Assembly: GCA_036494925.1 (NCBI GenBank)
Contig: DASXNR010000417.1
Coordinates: 1 to 57,505 of the forward strand
Length of the DNA: 57,505 nucleotides
Reading direction: 5' to 3'
From: Acetobacteraceae bacterium
GTDB lineage: Bacteria > Pseudomonadota > Alphaproteobacteria > Acetobacterales > Acetobacteraceae
Shown: positions 28,521 to 39,215 of the stretch, in pieces
Layout: the number at the start of each line of letters is the position of its first letter
Numbering within the stretch: the stretch's first letter is position 1
The notes under the pieces: model-generated
Told to the model about the DNA's origin: nothing
What the model saw: only the letters and a program-made list of their open reading frames with translations
The model's database searches: none
Translations under genes and position numbers: made by a program

Positions 28521-31006
28521 ACCGTCGCGATCTGCTGAAGGCGCATGCCGGCGCGGTCGCGGCGCTGGCGGCCGGCGTGGTACTGCCGGCCCACGCGCAG
28601 CCGGTGGCCGGCGGCATCGAATCGCTGCGGATCAAGTGGTCCAAGGCCGCCTGTCGCTTCTGCGGCACCGGCTGCGGCGTGATGGTCGGCGTGAAGGAAG
28701 GCCGCGTCGTCGCCACCCATGGCGATATGCTGTCCGAGGTGAACCGTGGCCTGAACTGTGTGAAGGGCTACTTCCTTTCCAAGATCATGTACGGCGCCGA
28801 TCGCCTCACCCAGCCGCTGCTGCGCAAACGCGACGGTCGCTACGCCAAGGACGGGGTGTTCACGCCGGTGACCTGGGACGAGGCCTTCGACGTGATGGCA
28901 GGCGAGGCCAAGCGCGTGCTGAAGGCGAAGGGTCCGACCGCACTGGGCATGTTCATGTCCGGCCAGTCCACCATCTGGGAAGGCTACGCCGCCACCAAGC
29001 TGATGCGCGCCGGCTTCCGCTCCAACAACCTCGATCCGAATGCACGGCACTGCATGGCGTCGGCGGCCTACGCGTTCATGCGTACCTTCGGCATGGACGA
29101 GCCGATGGGCTGCTACGACGATTTCGAGCAGGCCGACGCGTTCGTGCTGTGGGGCTCCAACATGGCGGAGATGCACCCGATCCTGTGGACGCGGGTGACC
29201 GATCGCCGGCTGTCTTCGGCGCATGTACAGGTCGCGGTGCTGTCCACCTTCACCAACCGCAGCTCGGATCTGGCGGACCTGCCGATCGTGTTCCGGCCCG
29301 GTACCGATCTCGCGATCCTCAACTACATCGCCAACCACATCATCACCACCGGCCGCGTGAACCAGGACTTCGTGCGCGAACACACCACGTTCATGCGTGC
29401 GCAGACCGATATCGGCTATGGGCTGCGCCCCGACGATCCGCGCGAGAAGCAGGCAACCGGCGCCGCCGATCCCGCCGTTATGACGCCCACCGACTTCGAC
29501 GCCTACACCGCCTTCGTGAAGGACTACACGCTGGAAAAGGTCTCCGCGCTGTCCGGCGTGGAGCCCGATCAGTTGCACGCGCTCGCCGAACTGTATGCCG
29601 ATCCGAAGCGCAAGGTCGTGTCGTTGTGGACCATGGGCTTCAACCAGCACGTCCGCGGGGTATGGGTGAACCAGCTCTGCTACAATCTGCATCTGTTGAC
29701 CGGCAAGATCGCCGAACCGGGCAACGGTCCATTTTCTCTCACCGGTCAGCCCTCGGCCTGCGGCACGGCGCGCGAGGTCGGCACGTTCGCGCATCGCCTG
29801 CCTGCCGACATGGTCGTGACGAACCCCGCGCATCGCAAGCACGTCGAGGAGGTCTGGCGTGTGCCGCAAGGCCTGTTGCCAGACAAGCCCGGCTACCACG
29901 CCGTGCAGCAGGACCGGATGCTGAAGGACGGCAAGCTCAACTGGTACTGGACGCAGACCACCAACAACGTGCAGGCGGCACCGAACAGCGCCAACGAAAC
30001 CTATGTGGGTTATCGCAATCCGGATAACTTCGTTGTCGTGTCGGAGGCCTATCCCACCGTCACCGCGATGGCGGCCGACCTGATCCTGCCGGCGGCGATG
30101 TGGGTGGAGAAGGAAGGCGCCTACGGCAACGCCGAACGGCGCACCCAGTTCTGGCATCAGCTGGTGGACGCGCCCGGCGAGGCGCGGTCGGATGTCTGGC
30201 AGATCGTCGAGTTCTCCAGGCGGTTCACCACCGATGAAGTCTGGCCGGCGGACATTCTCGCCGCCAACCCGGCATTTCGCGGCAAGACCCTGTTCGACGT
30301 GCTGTTCCGCAACGGCCAGGTCGACCGCTATCCGGCCAGCGACTGTGATCCGGCTTACGCGAACGCCGAGGCGGAGCATTTCGGCTTCTATCTGCACAAG
30401 GGACTGTTCGAGGAATACGCCGCCTTCGGCCGCGGCCATGGTCACGACCTCGCGTCGTTCGACAGCTATCACCAGACGCGCGGTCTGCGCTGGCCGGTGG
30501 TGGACGGCAAGGAAACGCGCTGGCGCTATCGCGAAGGTCTCGACCCCTATGTCAAAGCCGGCGAGGGCGTGCGGTTCTATGGCCGTCCCGACGGCCGTGC
30601 GGTGATCCTCACCGCTCCGTATGAGCCGCCGGCCGAATCGCCTGATGCCGACTACAAGTTCTGGCTCGTCACCGGTCGCGTGCTGGAGCATTGGCATTCC
30701 GGCTCGATGACGATGCGCGTGCCGGAGCTGTATCGCGCCTTCCCGGGCGCACGCGTGTTCATGAACGCGGTGGACGCGCGCACGCTTGGCATCAACCAAG
30801 GCGCGGAGGTGCGGGTGATCTCGCGGCGCGGCGAGATCCGCTCACGCGTCGAGATCCGCGGCCGCAACCGCATGCCGGAGGGCGTGATCTTCGTGCCCTG
30901 GTTCGACGCCAGCCAGTTGATCAACCAGACAACGCTGGACGCGACCGATCCGATTTCCAAACAGACCGACTACAAGAAATGCGCGGTCAGGGTGGTGCCG
31001 GCATGA
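28517..31006 (+). CDS. napA: periplasmic nitrate reductase catalytic subunit NapA
   Basis: Tat signal [20 protein letters not shown]. 4Fe-4S motif [10 protein letters not shown]...C. 829 aa bis-MGD enzyme. Confidence 0.97.
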   Translation: MNRRDLLKAHAGAVAALAAGVVLPAHAQPVAGGIESLRIKWSKAACRFCGTGCGVMVGVKEGRVVATHGDMLSEVNRGLNCVKGYFLSKIMYGADRLTQPLLRKRDGRYAKDGVFTPVTWDEAFDVMAGEAKRVLKAKGPTALGMFMSGQSTIWEGYAATKLMRAGFRSNNLDPNARHCMASAAYAFMRTFGMDEPMGCYDDFEQADAFVLWGSNMAEMHPILWTRVTDRRLSSAHVQVAVLSTFTNRSSDLADLPIVFRPGTDLAILNYIANHIITTGRVNQDFVREHTTFMRAQTDIGYGLRPDDPREKQATGAADPAVMTPTDFDAYTAFVKDYTLEKVSALSGVEPDQLHALAELYADPKRKVVSLWTMGFNQHVRGVWVNQLCYNLHLLTGKIAEPGNGPFSLTGQPSACGTAREVGTFAHRLPADMVVTNPAHRKHVEEVWRVPQGLLPDKPGYHAVQQDRMLKDGKLNWYWTQTTNNVQAAPNSANETYVGYRNPDNFVVVSEAYPTVTAMAADLILPAAMWVEKEGAYGNAERRTQFWHQLVDAPGEARSDVWQIVEFSRRFTTDEVWPADILAANPAFRGKTLFDVLFRNGQVDRYPASDCDPAYANAEAEHFGFYLHKGLFEEYAAFGRGHGHDLASFDSYHQTRGLRWPVVDGKETRWRYREGLDPYVKAGEGVRFYGRPDGRAVILTAPYEPPAESPDADYKFWLVTGRVLEHWHSGSMTMRVPELYRAFPGARVFMNAVDARTLGINQGAEVRVISRRGEIRSRVEIRGRNRMPEGVIFVPWFDASQLINQTTLDATDPISKQTDYKKCAVRVVPA

Positions 31007-31446
31007 TGATGCGACGCACGCTGCTGGTCGCGGCGGCGTTGCTTGCCGCCGTGGGTGCGGTTGCGCAGCAGACGCCCGACGCACCGCGGCTCACCGGCAA
31101 TACGCCGCCCACCACGCCGGTGCCGGCACCGCCCGTGCCGCGCCCGGTCACCGACGATGTCCGGCGCGCGCGCAACTACCCGGAACAGCCGCCGGTCATT
31201 CCGCACGCGATCGATGGCTACCAGATCACGCTGCACACCAACCAGTGCCTTACCTGCCACGCGCGGCAGTTCATCGAGAGCTCCGGTGCACCGATGATCA
31301 GCGTCACGCACTTCATGGATCGCGATGGGCAGGTGTTGGCCGACGTGACGCCGCGGCGCTATTTCTGCAATGTGTGTCATGTGCCGCAGACCGACGCGCA
31401 GCCGCTGGTGCGCAATACGTTCCGCGACGCATTACAGGCGCGCTGA
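31003..31446 (+). CDS. napB: dihaem cytochrome c NapB
   Basis: ATG overlaps the napA stop (ATGA). Signal peptide [21 protein letters not shown]. Two CxxCH motifs (CLTCH, CNVCH). Confidence 0.9.
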   Translation: MMMRRTLLVAAALLAAVGAVAQQTPDAPRLTGNTPPTTPVPAPPVPRPVTDDVRRARNYPEQPPVIPHAIDGYQITLHTNQCLTCHARQFIESSGAPMISVTHFMDRDGQVLADVTPRRYFCNVCHVPQTDAQPLVRNTFRDALQAR

Positions 31447-31447
31447 C

Positions 31448-32089
31448 ATGCGCGTGGTGTTCGGCTGGCTGCGCATCCTGTGGTCAGTGGCACGCTCGCC
31501 CGCCGCCATGCTCAGCCTTGGATTTCTCACTCTCGGTGGCTTTGTCTGCGGCGTGATGTTCTGGGGCGCCTTCAACACCGCGCTGGAGTTCACCAACACC
31601 GAGACGTTCTGTCTGTCCTGCCACGAGATGCGCAGCAACGTATATCAGGAGCTGTCGCACACCGTGCATTTCTCCAATAGGTCCGGCGTGCGGGCGATCT
31701 GCTCGGACTGCCACGTGCCGCACAACTGGACAGTCAAGATCGCGCGCAAGATGCAGGCTTCGAAGGAGGTGTGGGGGCATCTGTTCGGAACCATCGCCAC
31801 GCGGCAGACATTCCTCGACCACCGCCTGGAGCTGGCCGAGCATGAATGGGCACGGTTCAAGGCGAACGATTCGCTGGAGTGCCGGAATTGCCATTCGGCA
31901 GTCGCCATGGACCTGTCGAAGCAGACCGCACGGGCGGCGCGCATCCATCAGCAGTACCTGCTGACCGGGCAGCGTACCTGCATCGACTGCCACAAGGGCA
32001 TCGCGCACGAACTGCCGGACATGGCGGGTATGCCGCCCGGCTGGGCCGAGACGCCGGAACTGATCGACACCCGTCAGCCCAGCCGCTGA
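31448..32089 (+). CDS. napC: tetrahaem cytochrome c NapC (NapC/NirT family)
   Basis: N-terminal TM then four CxxCH motifs (CLSCH, CSDCH, CRNCH, CIDCH). Confidence 0.92.
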   Translation: MRVVFGWLRILWSVARSPAAMLSLGFLTLGGFVCGVMFWGAFNTALEFTNTETFCLSCHEMRSNVYQELSHTVHFSNRSGVRAICSDCHVPHNWTVKIARKMQASKEVWGHLFGTIATRQTFLDHRLELAEHEWARFKANDSLECRNCHSAVAMDLSKQTARAARIHQQYLLTGQRTCIDCHKGIAHELPDMAGMPPGWAETPELIDTRQPSR

Positions 32090-32195
32090 TCCGCCGGCGC
32101 GGTCGTGCAATGGTCTGGCGCCTCGCGGCCCAGATGGCCTATCACACCGGCAGCGCCCGACGTAGCGTCGGCGGTCATCCCGGTGGAGGCGAGGC

Positions 32196-34214
32196 GTGGA
32201 AACCATCCGCGTGGTCTGTGCACATGATTGTCCCGACATGTGCTCGCTGCTGGCACGCGTCGAAGATGGCCGCGTCATGCGGATCGAGGGCGACCCCGAT
32301 CATCCGTTCACCGCCGGCTTTGCCTGCGCCAAGGTGAACCGCGACGCGGAACTGGTGCACTCGCCCGACCGCATCGCCACGCCGCTGCGTCGTGTCGGTG
32401 CAAAAGGCGAGGGCAGGTTCGCACCGATCACCTGGGACGCCGCGCTGGACGAGATCACCGCGCGCTGGAAGTCGGTCATCGCCGAATCCGGACCGCTGGC
32501 GCTGCTCGGCTATTGCTACAGTTCGCATCAGGGCCAGATGAATCGCGGCCTGCCGAACGGGCTGTTCCATGCCATGGGTGTCAGCCGGCTGTGGGCCGGC
32601 ACGGTGTGCGACAGCTGCATGGAGGCGGCCTGGGACGCGACGGTCGGACCGATCGGCGGCGCCGATCCGGAATCGGTCGTCGAGTCCGATCTGGTGATCT
32701 GCTGGGGCGCCGACCTGTTCGCCACCAATGTGCATTTCTGGGCCAGGCTCGAGGAGGTCCGCAAGCGCGGCGTGCCGTTCGTGGTGATCGATCCGCGCCG
32801 CACGCGCTCGGCACAGAACGCGGACTGGCACATTCCGATCCGGATCGGCACCGATGCCGCGCTCGCGCTGGGCATCATGCACGTCCTGGTGCGCGACGGG
32901 CTGTGCGACCGCGACTACATCGCGGCGCACACTCTCGGCTTCGATCGCGTCGAGCGCGAGGTGCTGCCGCGCTTCCCGCCGGGACGCGTCGCCGAGATCA
33001 CGGGCGTGGCGGCGGCCGACGTGGAACGGCTCGCCGCAATGTACGGCGCGGCGAAGCAGTCACTGATCCGGCTGGGCTGGGGCATGACCCGCTTCACCTA
33101 CGGCGGCCAGGCGCTCCGCACCGTGGCACTGCTGCCCGGCGTCACCGGCGCCTATGGCCGTTACGGCGGCGGCGCGGTCAACCTGACGGCCGCGTCGTTC
33201 GAGTTCAACTACAACGTACTGCGCAAGCCGTCAGGCCCCGCAACGACGCGCACGATCAACCATAATCGCCTTGGCGAGGCGCTGCTGGAACTGACCGACC
33301 CGCCGATCCGCGCGCTGTTCATCGCTTCCAACAACCCCGCGATCACCTGTCCGGACAGCGCGAAGACGCGGCGCGGTCTGGCGCGCGAGGACCTGTTCAC
33401 CGTGGTGCACGACCCGTTCCTGACCATGACCGCGCGCTATGCCGACATCGTGCTGCCGGCGACGACCTATCTGGAGACCGAGGATTTCTTCCGTGCCTAT
33501 GGTACCTATTACATGCAGTATTCGCCGCGCGCGGTGGCGCCGCAGGGTGAGGCGTGGTCCAACCTGAAGCTGACGCAGGAGCTGGCGGCACGGATGGGCG
33601 TCTCCGATCCGGTGTTCCGCATGTCGGAGCCTGAGCTGCTGCGCGAGCTGTTCCGTGGCGCGAAAGGCGAGGTCGCGGCATTCGATCCCGACGCGCTGCG
33701 CGATGCCGGTCCGGTTTCCATCGCAACCAGGGCCGGCCAGCAATTCCGCACGCCCTCGAGCCGATTGGAATTCTATTCGGAGGCGCTGGCGAAACAGGGA
33801 CTGCCGCCGATGCCGGACTGGCGGCCCGATCCGGTCGAAGCAACGCAGGGTGCGCAATGGCCGCTGCGGCTGCTGACCGGTCCGGGATATTTCCTGAGCC
33901 ACACGGCATTTTCCGGCGTCGCCTTCCTGCGTCGGCGCGAGGGCACGCCGTATTGCGTGCTGCATCCTGCCGATGCGGACGCTCGCAATCTGCGGGATGG
34001 CGATCGCGTACGCCTGGTGAACGATCGCGGCACGGTCGGGCTCACGTTGCACGTGCGCGACGAGATCCAGCCGGGCGTGGTGCTGGTTCCAGGTCAGCGC
34101 CCCGACGATGAGACAGCGGACGGCACGGTGAACATGTTGTGCTCCGATGCCTACACCGACATGGGCGAAGGTGCGACCTATCAGAGCACCTGGCTGGACG
34201 TGCGCCCCTGGTAG
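32196..34214 (+). CDS. cytoplasmic molybdopterin (bis-MGD) oxidoreductase of unknown substrate
   Basis: N-terminal 4Fe-4S motif CAHDCPDMC...C beginning at residue 8, so there is no Tat or signal peptide. 672 aa. C-terminal GDRVRLVNDRG beta-barrel block. GTG start preceded by GGAGG. Confidence 0.85.
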   Translation: METIRVVCAHDCPDMCSLLARVEDGRVMRIEGDPDHPFTAGFACAKVNRDAELVHSPDRIATPLRRVGAKGEGRFAPITWDAALDEITARWKSVIAESGPLALLGYCYSSHQGQMNRGLPNGLFHAMGVSRLWAGTVCDSCMEAAWDATVGPIGGADPESVVESDLVICWGADLFATNVHFWARLEEVRKRGVPFVVIDPRRTRSAQNADWHIPIRIGTDAALALGIMHVLVRDGLCDRDYIAAHTLGFDRVEREVLPRFPPGRVAEITGVAAADVERLAAMYGAAKQSLIRLGWGMTRFTYGGQALRTVALLPGVTGAYGRYGGGAVNLTAASFEFNYNVLRKPSGPATTRTINHNRLGEALLELTDPPIRALFIASNNPAITCPDSAKTRRGLAREDLFTVVHDPFLTMTARYADIVLPATTYLETEDFFRAYGTYYMQYSPRAVAPQGEAWSNLKLTQELAARMGVSDPVFRMSEPELLRELFRGAKGEVAAFDPDALRDAGPVSIATRAGQQFRTPSSRLEFYSEALAKQGLPPMPDWRPDPVEATQGAQWPLRLLTGPGYFLSHTAFSGVAFLRRREGTPYCVLHPADADARNLRDGDRVRLVNDRGTVGLTLHVRDEIQPGVVLVPGQRPDDETADGTVNMLCSDAYTDMGEGATYQSTWLDVRPW

Positions 34215-34247
34215 TGCACAATCGGCCGCGTCGGGAAGGAGCGGCCG

Positions 34248-35033
34248 ATGTCGGACCTGGTCGAGTACGCGAGCAGCGATCACATCGCGACAATCACGCT
34301 GAACCGGCCGGACAAGCTGAATGCGGTGAACGACGACATGGTGCGTCAGATCGCCGCGGCGCTGAAGCAGTTCGACATCGACGACGACGCTCGGATTGCC
34401 ATCCTGTGCGGCCGCGGCCGGGCGTTTTCCACCGGCGCGGATGTGCGGCAGCGACAGTTGCGCTCGCGCGAGGAATTTGCGCGCTATGGCGGCGCGCAGG
34501 CGCCCGACGCGTCGAGCCACGAGCTGCTGCTGCGCGCGGTGAACTGGAAGCCGGTGATAGCCGCGGTGCATGGCTATGTGCTCGGCTTGGCACTCGGCCT
34601 GATCCTGGAATGCGATCTGGTCGTTGCCGAGGCAGGCACGCAGTTCCAGGTCACCGAGACACCGCGGGGCCTGTCGGGCGCGAAATACTGGGCGCTGCTG
34701 AACTTCCGCGGTGGCGGCGCGTTCGCCACCGAGGTCGCGTTGACCGGCCGGTTCTTCACCGCCGAGGAGGCGCGCGCCGCCAACATCATCGAGCGCGTCG
34801 CACCGCAGGGCGCGTTGATGCAGACCGCGCGCGCCATGGCGGCCGAGGTGGCGAATAACCCGCCGCTCGGCGTGCGCTCCACGGTGCGGGCGCGTCGTTA
34901 TTATCTGGAACAACTGTCGCGCGACGTGCTGCTGCAGGTGAATCTCGCGAAACTGCATCTGACCGAGGACTTTTCCGAGTCCGCCCGTGCGTTCGCCGAG
35001 AAGCGCCCTCCCGGACCATTCAAGGGTCGCTGA
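34248..35033 (+). CDS. enoyl-CoA hydratase/isomerase (crotonase) family protein
   Basis: ITLNRPDKLNAV, GRGRAFSTGADV and AAVHGYVLGLALGL blocks. Confidence 0.85.
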   Translation: MSDLVEYASSDHIATITLNRPDKLNAVNDDMVRQIAAALKQFDIDDDARIAILCGRGRAFSTGADVRQRQLRSREEFARYGGAQAPDASSHELLLRAVNWKPVIAAVHGYVLGLALGLILECDLVVAEAGTQFQVTETPRGLSGAKYWALLNFRGGGAFATEVALTGRFFTAEEARAANIIERVAPQGALMQTARAMAAEVANNPPLGVRSTVRARRYYLEQLSRDVLLQVNLAKLHLTEDFSESARAFAEKRPPGPFKGR

Positions 35034-36044
35034 ATGCTCGATTCCGACCGGCCGGATGGCGTTCGTCTCAGCGTCGCCGAAGCGCGCGCGTTGGGTGAGG
35101 CCACGTTGCGGCGCATCGGTTATCCCGCCGATGAAGCGGCGATCATCACCGACCAGTTGATCGACAACGCGCTGTGCGGCTACCGCTTCGCCAGCCTGCC
35201 GCGCATCCTGGCGATCGCCGAGGACGAGAAGACCAACCGGCCGCGCACACCGGTGCGCATGGTGCGCGAGACGCCGGTGTCCGCTCTCGTCGATGGCGGC
35301 AACAAGCTCGGCTACGTCACGGCATATCGCGGCGCGGAGATCGCCATCGCCAAGGCGAAGGCAAGTGGTATCGCCATCGTCGGCGTACACAACAGCTACT
35401 ACAGCGGCCGCAACGCGTATTATGTGGAACAGATCGTGCGCGAAGGCCTGGTGGCAATCCACACCGCCAGCGCAAAGCCCCACGTGGTGCCGCCCGGCGG
35501 ACGCAGGCCGGCGCTTGGCACCAATCCGTTCAGCGTCGGCTTTCCGTCAGCGAACGGGCCGGTGATCTACGACATCGGCACCGCGTCGCTGATGTGGGGC
35601 GAGGTGCTGCTGATGGCGCGCCTCGGCGAAGCGCTGCCTGAGGGCATTGGCTTCGATGCCGCCGGCAATCCGACACGCGATGCGCGCGCGGTGGCGCAGG
35701 GCGGCGGCGTGGTGCCGTTCGGCGGCCACAAGGGTTATGGCCTGTCGTTTGCCGTTCAGGCGCTTGGCCTGCTGGCCGGCGCTGCCTTGCCGCGCGGCGA
35801 CGTGCAGGACTACGGCTTCCTGTTCATCGTGATCGATCCCGCGGTGATGCTGCCGGATTTCCCGGCGCAGATGGGGGAACTGGTCGCTCGCATCAAGGCG
35901 ACGCCGCGCCAGCCGGGCGTGGACGAAATCCGCATACCCTCGGAACGCTCGTTCCGCGAACGCGAGCAGCGTCGTGCCGAAGGCATCGTGTTGGACCGCA
36001 AGGTGTTCGACGCATTGCACGCGTTGCGGGGAAATGCCGTGTGA
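35034..36044 (+). CDS. Ldh_2 (malate/L-lactate/ureidoglycolate dehydrogenase type 2) family oxidoreductase
   Basis: The ATG directly abuts the preceding stop. Family hallmark FGGHKGYGLSF. GTNPFSVGFP block. Confidence 0.85.
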   Translation: MLDSDRPDGVRLSVAEARALGEATLRRIGYPADEAAIITDQLIDNALCGYRFASLPRILAIAEDEKTNRPRTPVRMVRETPVSALVDGGNKLGYVTAYRGAEIAIAKAKASGIAIVGVHNSYYSGRNAYYVEQIVREGLVAIHTASAKPHVVPPGGRRPALGTNPFSVGFPSANGPVIYDIGTASLMWGEVLLMARLGEALPEGIGFDAAGNPTRDARAVAQGGGVVPFGGHKGYGLSFAVQALGLLAGAALPRGDVQDYGFLFIVIDPAVMLPDFPAQMGELVARIKATPRQPGVDEIRIPSERSFREREQRRAEGIVLDRKVFDALHALRGNAV

Positions 36045-36502
36045 TGGCCGACAGATTTCGCGTTCGAACCATGGATGGCGCGGATCGCACTGCCTGGGCG
36101 AACATGCGGGCCAGGCTTTGGCCGGAGGAAACGGCGCACGCGCATGCCTACATGATCGACGCGGTGATCGACGCAGACGATGCCTGGGGTTTCATCGCGG
36201 AAACCGCCGATGCAGTGCCCGCTGGTTTCGCGGAGGTCACGATCCGAAAGTTTGCCAATGGCTGCGAGACCCAGCCGGTGCCGTTCCTTGAAGGCATCTG
36301 GGTGAAGCCGGAATGCCGGCGGCGGGGCATCGGCGCGCTGTTGGTGGCCCACATCGAAATGTTCGTAGCCGGCAGGGGGTTTCGGGAAATCGGTTCCGAT
36401 ACCTCCATTGCCAACCTCGCGTCGCAGGCTGCCCACGTTGCCTGGGGATTCTCGGAAACCGAACGGGTCGTGTATTATCGAAGGGACGTGCCGGTACGCT
36501 GA
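36044..36502 (+). CDS. GNAT acetyltransferase, aminoglycoside 6'-N-acetyltransferase AAC(6')-I-like
   Basis: The pattern LWP...GFAEVTIR...NGCETQPVPFLEGIWVKPECRRRGIGALL...SDTSIANLASQAAHVAWGFSETERVVYY matches my recollection of the AAC(6')-I family. The ATG overlaps the upstream stop by 1 nt. Confidence 0.8.
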   Translation: MADRFRVRTMDGADRTAWANMRARLWPEETAHAHAYMIDAVIDADDAWGFIAETADAVPAGFAEVTIRKFANGCETQPVPFLEGIWVKPECRRRGIGALLVAHIEMFVAGRGFREIGSDTSIANLASQAAHVAWGFSETERVVYYRRDVPVR

Positions 36503-36554
36503 ATGGCACGTCGCCTTCTGTGTCACTCGAACCCGCCACCACCAGGAGCCGACC

Positions 36555-37724
36555 ATGACCTCGCCGATCGACCAGATCCGCCGCTATCACTCCGAGCTCA
36601 CCGCGATCCGCCAGGACATCCATGCCAATCCGGAGCTCGGTCTGGAAGAGCATCGCACCGCCGATCTGGTGGCCCGCAAGCTCGAGGAGTGGGGCATTGA
36701 GGTGCATCGCTCCGTCGGCGGCACCGGCGTGGTCGGGGTGCTGCGCTCCGGCAATGGCGAGGGCACGATCGGGCTGCGCGCCGACATGGACGCGCTGCCG
36801 ATCCAGGAGGCAAACGAGTTTCCGTATCGCAGCCGCAACCAGGGTAAGATGCACGCCTGCGGCCACGACGGCCATACCACGATGCTGCTCGGCGCCGCGC
36901 GCTACCTGGCGGAGACGCGCGACTTCAACGGCACGGTGAACTTCATCTTCCAGCCGGGCGAGGAAGGCGTCGGCGGCGCGCTCGCCATGTTGCAGGATGA
37001 TCTGTTCCAGCGCTTTCCGTGCAATGCGGTGTACGGGATGCACAATCGCCCGGGGATGTCGGTCGGCAAGTATGGCATCGCGCCCGGCACAGCAATGGCA
37101 GGCGGCGGGTTCTTCGACATCGCGATAACCGGCAAGGGCGCGCATGGCGCGCGGCCGGAAGAATCGATCGATCCGGTGCTGGTCGCCTGTCACATCGGGG
37201 CGGCGCTGCAGTCGATCGTATCACGCAACGTGTCCCCGCGCGAGACGGCGATACTCAGCGTCACGCGCATTCTTTCCGGCGACGCCTACAACGTCATCCC
37301 GCAGACCGCGACGCTCGGCGGCACGGTTCGCACGATGAAGCGCGAGACGATGACGCTGATCGAGCAAGGCATGCAGCGCGTCGTCGCCGGCGTGGCGTCG
37401 GCGTTCGGCGCGACGGCGGAGGTGGATTTCCGGCTGATCTTCGCGCCGCTGGTCAACCACGAAGCGGAGTTCCACGCGATCGCCGATGCGGCGGCCGAAT
37501 TGGTCGGCGATGCCAACGTCAACCGCGCGCAGGCGCCGGCGCCGGCATCCGAGGACTTTGCCTTCATGCTGGAGCAGGTGCCGGGCGCCTACATCAACCT
37601 TGGCAACGGCGATTGTGCGCCGGTGCACAATCACCACTACAACTTCAATGACGAGGCGATACCGTTCGGATCGGCGTTGTATGCACGGCTGGTGGAACGG
37701 CAGTTGCCACGTGGCACCGAGTAA
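36555..37724 (+). CDS. M20 family amidohydrolase (hippurate hydrolase / N-acyl-amino-acid amidohydrolase-like)
   Basis: Start at MTSPIDQIRR. IHANPELGLEE, GLRADMDALP and MHACGHDGHT motifs. Confidence 0.9.
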   Translation: MTSPIDQIRRYHSELTAIRQDIHANPELGLEEHRTADLVARKLEEWGIEVHRSVGGTGVVGVLRSGNGEGTIGLRADMDALPIQEANEFPYRSRNQGKMHACGHDGHTTMLLGAARYLAETRDFNGTVNFIFQPGEEGVGGALAMLQDDLFQRFPCNAVYGMHNRPGMSVGKYGIAPGTAMAGGGFFDIAITGKGAHGARPEESIDPVLVACHIGAALQSIVSRNVSPRETAILSVTRILSGDAYNVIPQTATLGGTVRTMKRETMTLIEQGMQRVVAGVASAFGATAEVDFRLIFAPLVNHEAEFHAIADAAAELVGDANVNRAQAPAPASEDFAFMLEQVPGAYINLGNGDCAPVHNHHYNFNDEAIPFGSALYARLVERQLPRGTE

Positions 37725-37739
37725 CCAACGGAGGCACTC

Positions 37740-38597
37740 ATGCTGAAATTCGGCGCGGCCATGTTCTTCACCGACTATTCGATGAGGCCGGGCGAGCTCG
37801 GCAAGGCGCTGGAGGAGCGCGGCTTCGAATCGGTGTGGGCGCCCGAGCACTCGCACATCCCGCTGTCGCGCAAGACACCGCCCGCGGGCGGCGGCGAACT
37901 GGCGAAGAAGTACTACGACACGATGGATCCGTTTGTGACGTTGACCATGGCGGCGGCGGCGACCAAGACATTGAAGGTCGCGACCGGTGTCTGCCTGGTC
38001 GCGCAACGCGATCCGATCCAGACCGCGAAGCTGGTCGCATCGATCGATCAGGTTTCGGGCGGCCGGTTCCTGTTCGGCATCGGCAACGGCTGGAACCAGG
38101 ACGAGATGGAGAACCACGGCACGGTCTACAAATCGCGCCACAAGCTGGCACGCGAACGGGTCGAGGCGATGAAGGAGATCTGGACCAAGTCGAAACCGGA
38201 ATATCACGGCGAGTTCGTCAACTTCGATCCGATGATGGCCTGGCCGAAGCCCGTGCAGAAGCCGCATCCGCCGGTCATCGTCGGCGGCGCATTCCCGTAT
38301 TCCGCGCGCCGCGCCATCCGCTATGGCGACGGGTGGATTCCGCATGCGACGCGGAATACCTACGCCGAGATCGCCGACATGCTGCCCGAGTTTCGCAAGA
38401 TGGCCGCCGAGGCGAAGCGCGATCCGAAGTCGATCGAGATCACCGTGTGGGGTCCCAAGCAGGACGCCGACCTGATGAAGCGCTACCAGGACCTCGGCGT
38501 GGCGCGCGTGGTGTTCAATCTGGAGTCGGAGAAGGCGGACGCCATCCTGCCTTTGATCGATGGCTGGGCGGCACTGACGCGCAAGGTCAACGGCTGA
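37740..38597 (+). CDS. luciferase-like monooxygenase (LLM) class, F420-dependent-type oxidoreductase
   Basis: MLKFGAAMFFTDYS..., SVWAPEHSHIP, GGRFLFGIGNGWNQDEM. About 285 aa. Confidence 0.85.
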   Translation: MLKFGAAMFFTDYSMRPGELGKALEERGFESVWAPEHSHIPLSRKTPPAGGGELAKKYYDTMDPFVTLTMAAAATKTLKVATGVCLVAQRDPIQTAKLVASIDQVSGGRFLFGIGNGWNQDEMENHGTVYKSRHKLARERVEAMKEIWTKSKPEYHGEFVNFDPMMAWPKPVQKPHPPVIVGGAFPYSARRAIRYGDGWIPHATRNTYAEIADMLPEFRKMAAEAKRDPKSIEITVWGPKQDADLMKRYQDLGVARVVFNLESEKADAILPLIDGWAALTRKVNG

Positions 38598-38602
38598 ACC
38601 GG

Positions 38603-39208
38603 TTGCGGATACTCTACGGCCTGGATCGCCTGCCGCGCGATTTGGGCTTGCGTTGTGTGGAAGTGGGTGACGAACCGCTGCGGCTGAACAGTGAGCCGGT
38701 GCCGGCGGATGCGATGCCGCTGGTCACCGGCGAGCACGGGGCGCGGGTGGCGGCGGCGGTGGCGTGGCTGGACAGCCAGTGCGGCGACTACGCGCCGCTG
38801 CGGCAGCAGTTCATTGCCGCTTATCTGCGATGCGTCGCGGCTCAAATCCAGATGCACCGGGCGGAACTGGCGGAAACGCTGAAGCCGTACGACGGGCTTT
38901 ACGCGCCGGAGGATTTCCTGTGGTCGGCGCTGCGGCCGCTGCCGCGGGGATGGGTGCCGGTAGGCGACCGTTATCTGCCGGCCGATATTGTGTTCTGGGA
39001 TGGCACGAACACCATCGCGCTCGAACTTGCCGTGCGGGAGACGGAGAAGCAGAAGGCGCTGATGGCTGCGGGGATTGCTGTGTATCGTGTTGGCCTCAGC
39101 GCATTCGATCGGCTGCAGGAGATACTGCCACAGCCATTCAAGGATTTTTGGAGGGAGCAGAGATTGCCGTCGAGTCCGTTCCGCCGCGCCATACCGCGCC
39201 TTGTGTAG
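38603..39208 (+). CDS. hypothetical protein (start uncertain; frame open from 38594, first ATG at 38714)
   Basis: The ORF continues in a different frame right after the LLM stop. High third-position GC throughout. I recognise no family. The C-terminal ADIVFWDG..IALELAVRETEKQK stretch loosely resembles a D...E-x-K nuclease core. Confidence 0.5.
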   Translation: MRILYGLDRLPRDLGLRCVEVGDEPLRLNSEPVPADAMPLVTGEHGARVAAAVAWLDSQCGDYAPLRQQFIAAYLRCVAAQIQMHRAELAETLKPYDGLYAPEDFLWSALRPLPRGWVPVGDRYLPADIVFWDGTNTIALELAVRETEKQKALMAAGIAVYRVGLSAFDRLQEILPQPFKDFWREQRLPSSPFRRAIPRLV

Positions 39209-39215
39209 TTCACCT

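Noticed and set aside
28106-30799. 897-aa ORF antisense to napA, and the 507-aa ORF 28504..30027 in an alternative sense frame
   Set aside because: These are shadow frames of napA. The translations are Arg/Gly/His-rich with no recognisable domains.
32090-32195. Possible Moco riboswitch or terminator between napC and the cytoplasmic molybdoenzyme gene
   Set aside because: The interval is only 106 nt, shorter than the known Moco RNA motif. It contains just a small 6-bp stem (CCGACG-TAG-CGTCGG), which is insufficient evidence.
33231-35483. 750-aa minus-strand ORF spanning the molybdoenzyme, crotonase and Ldh_2 genes
   Set aside because: It crosses three well-supported plus-strand genes and has low-complexity composition, so it is an artefact.
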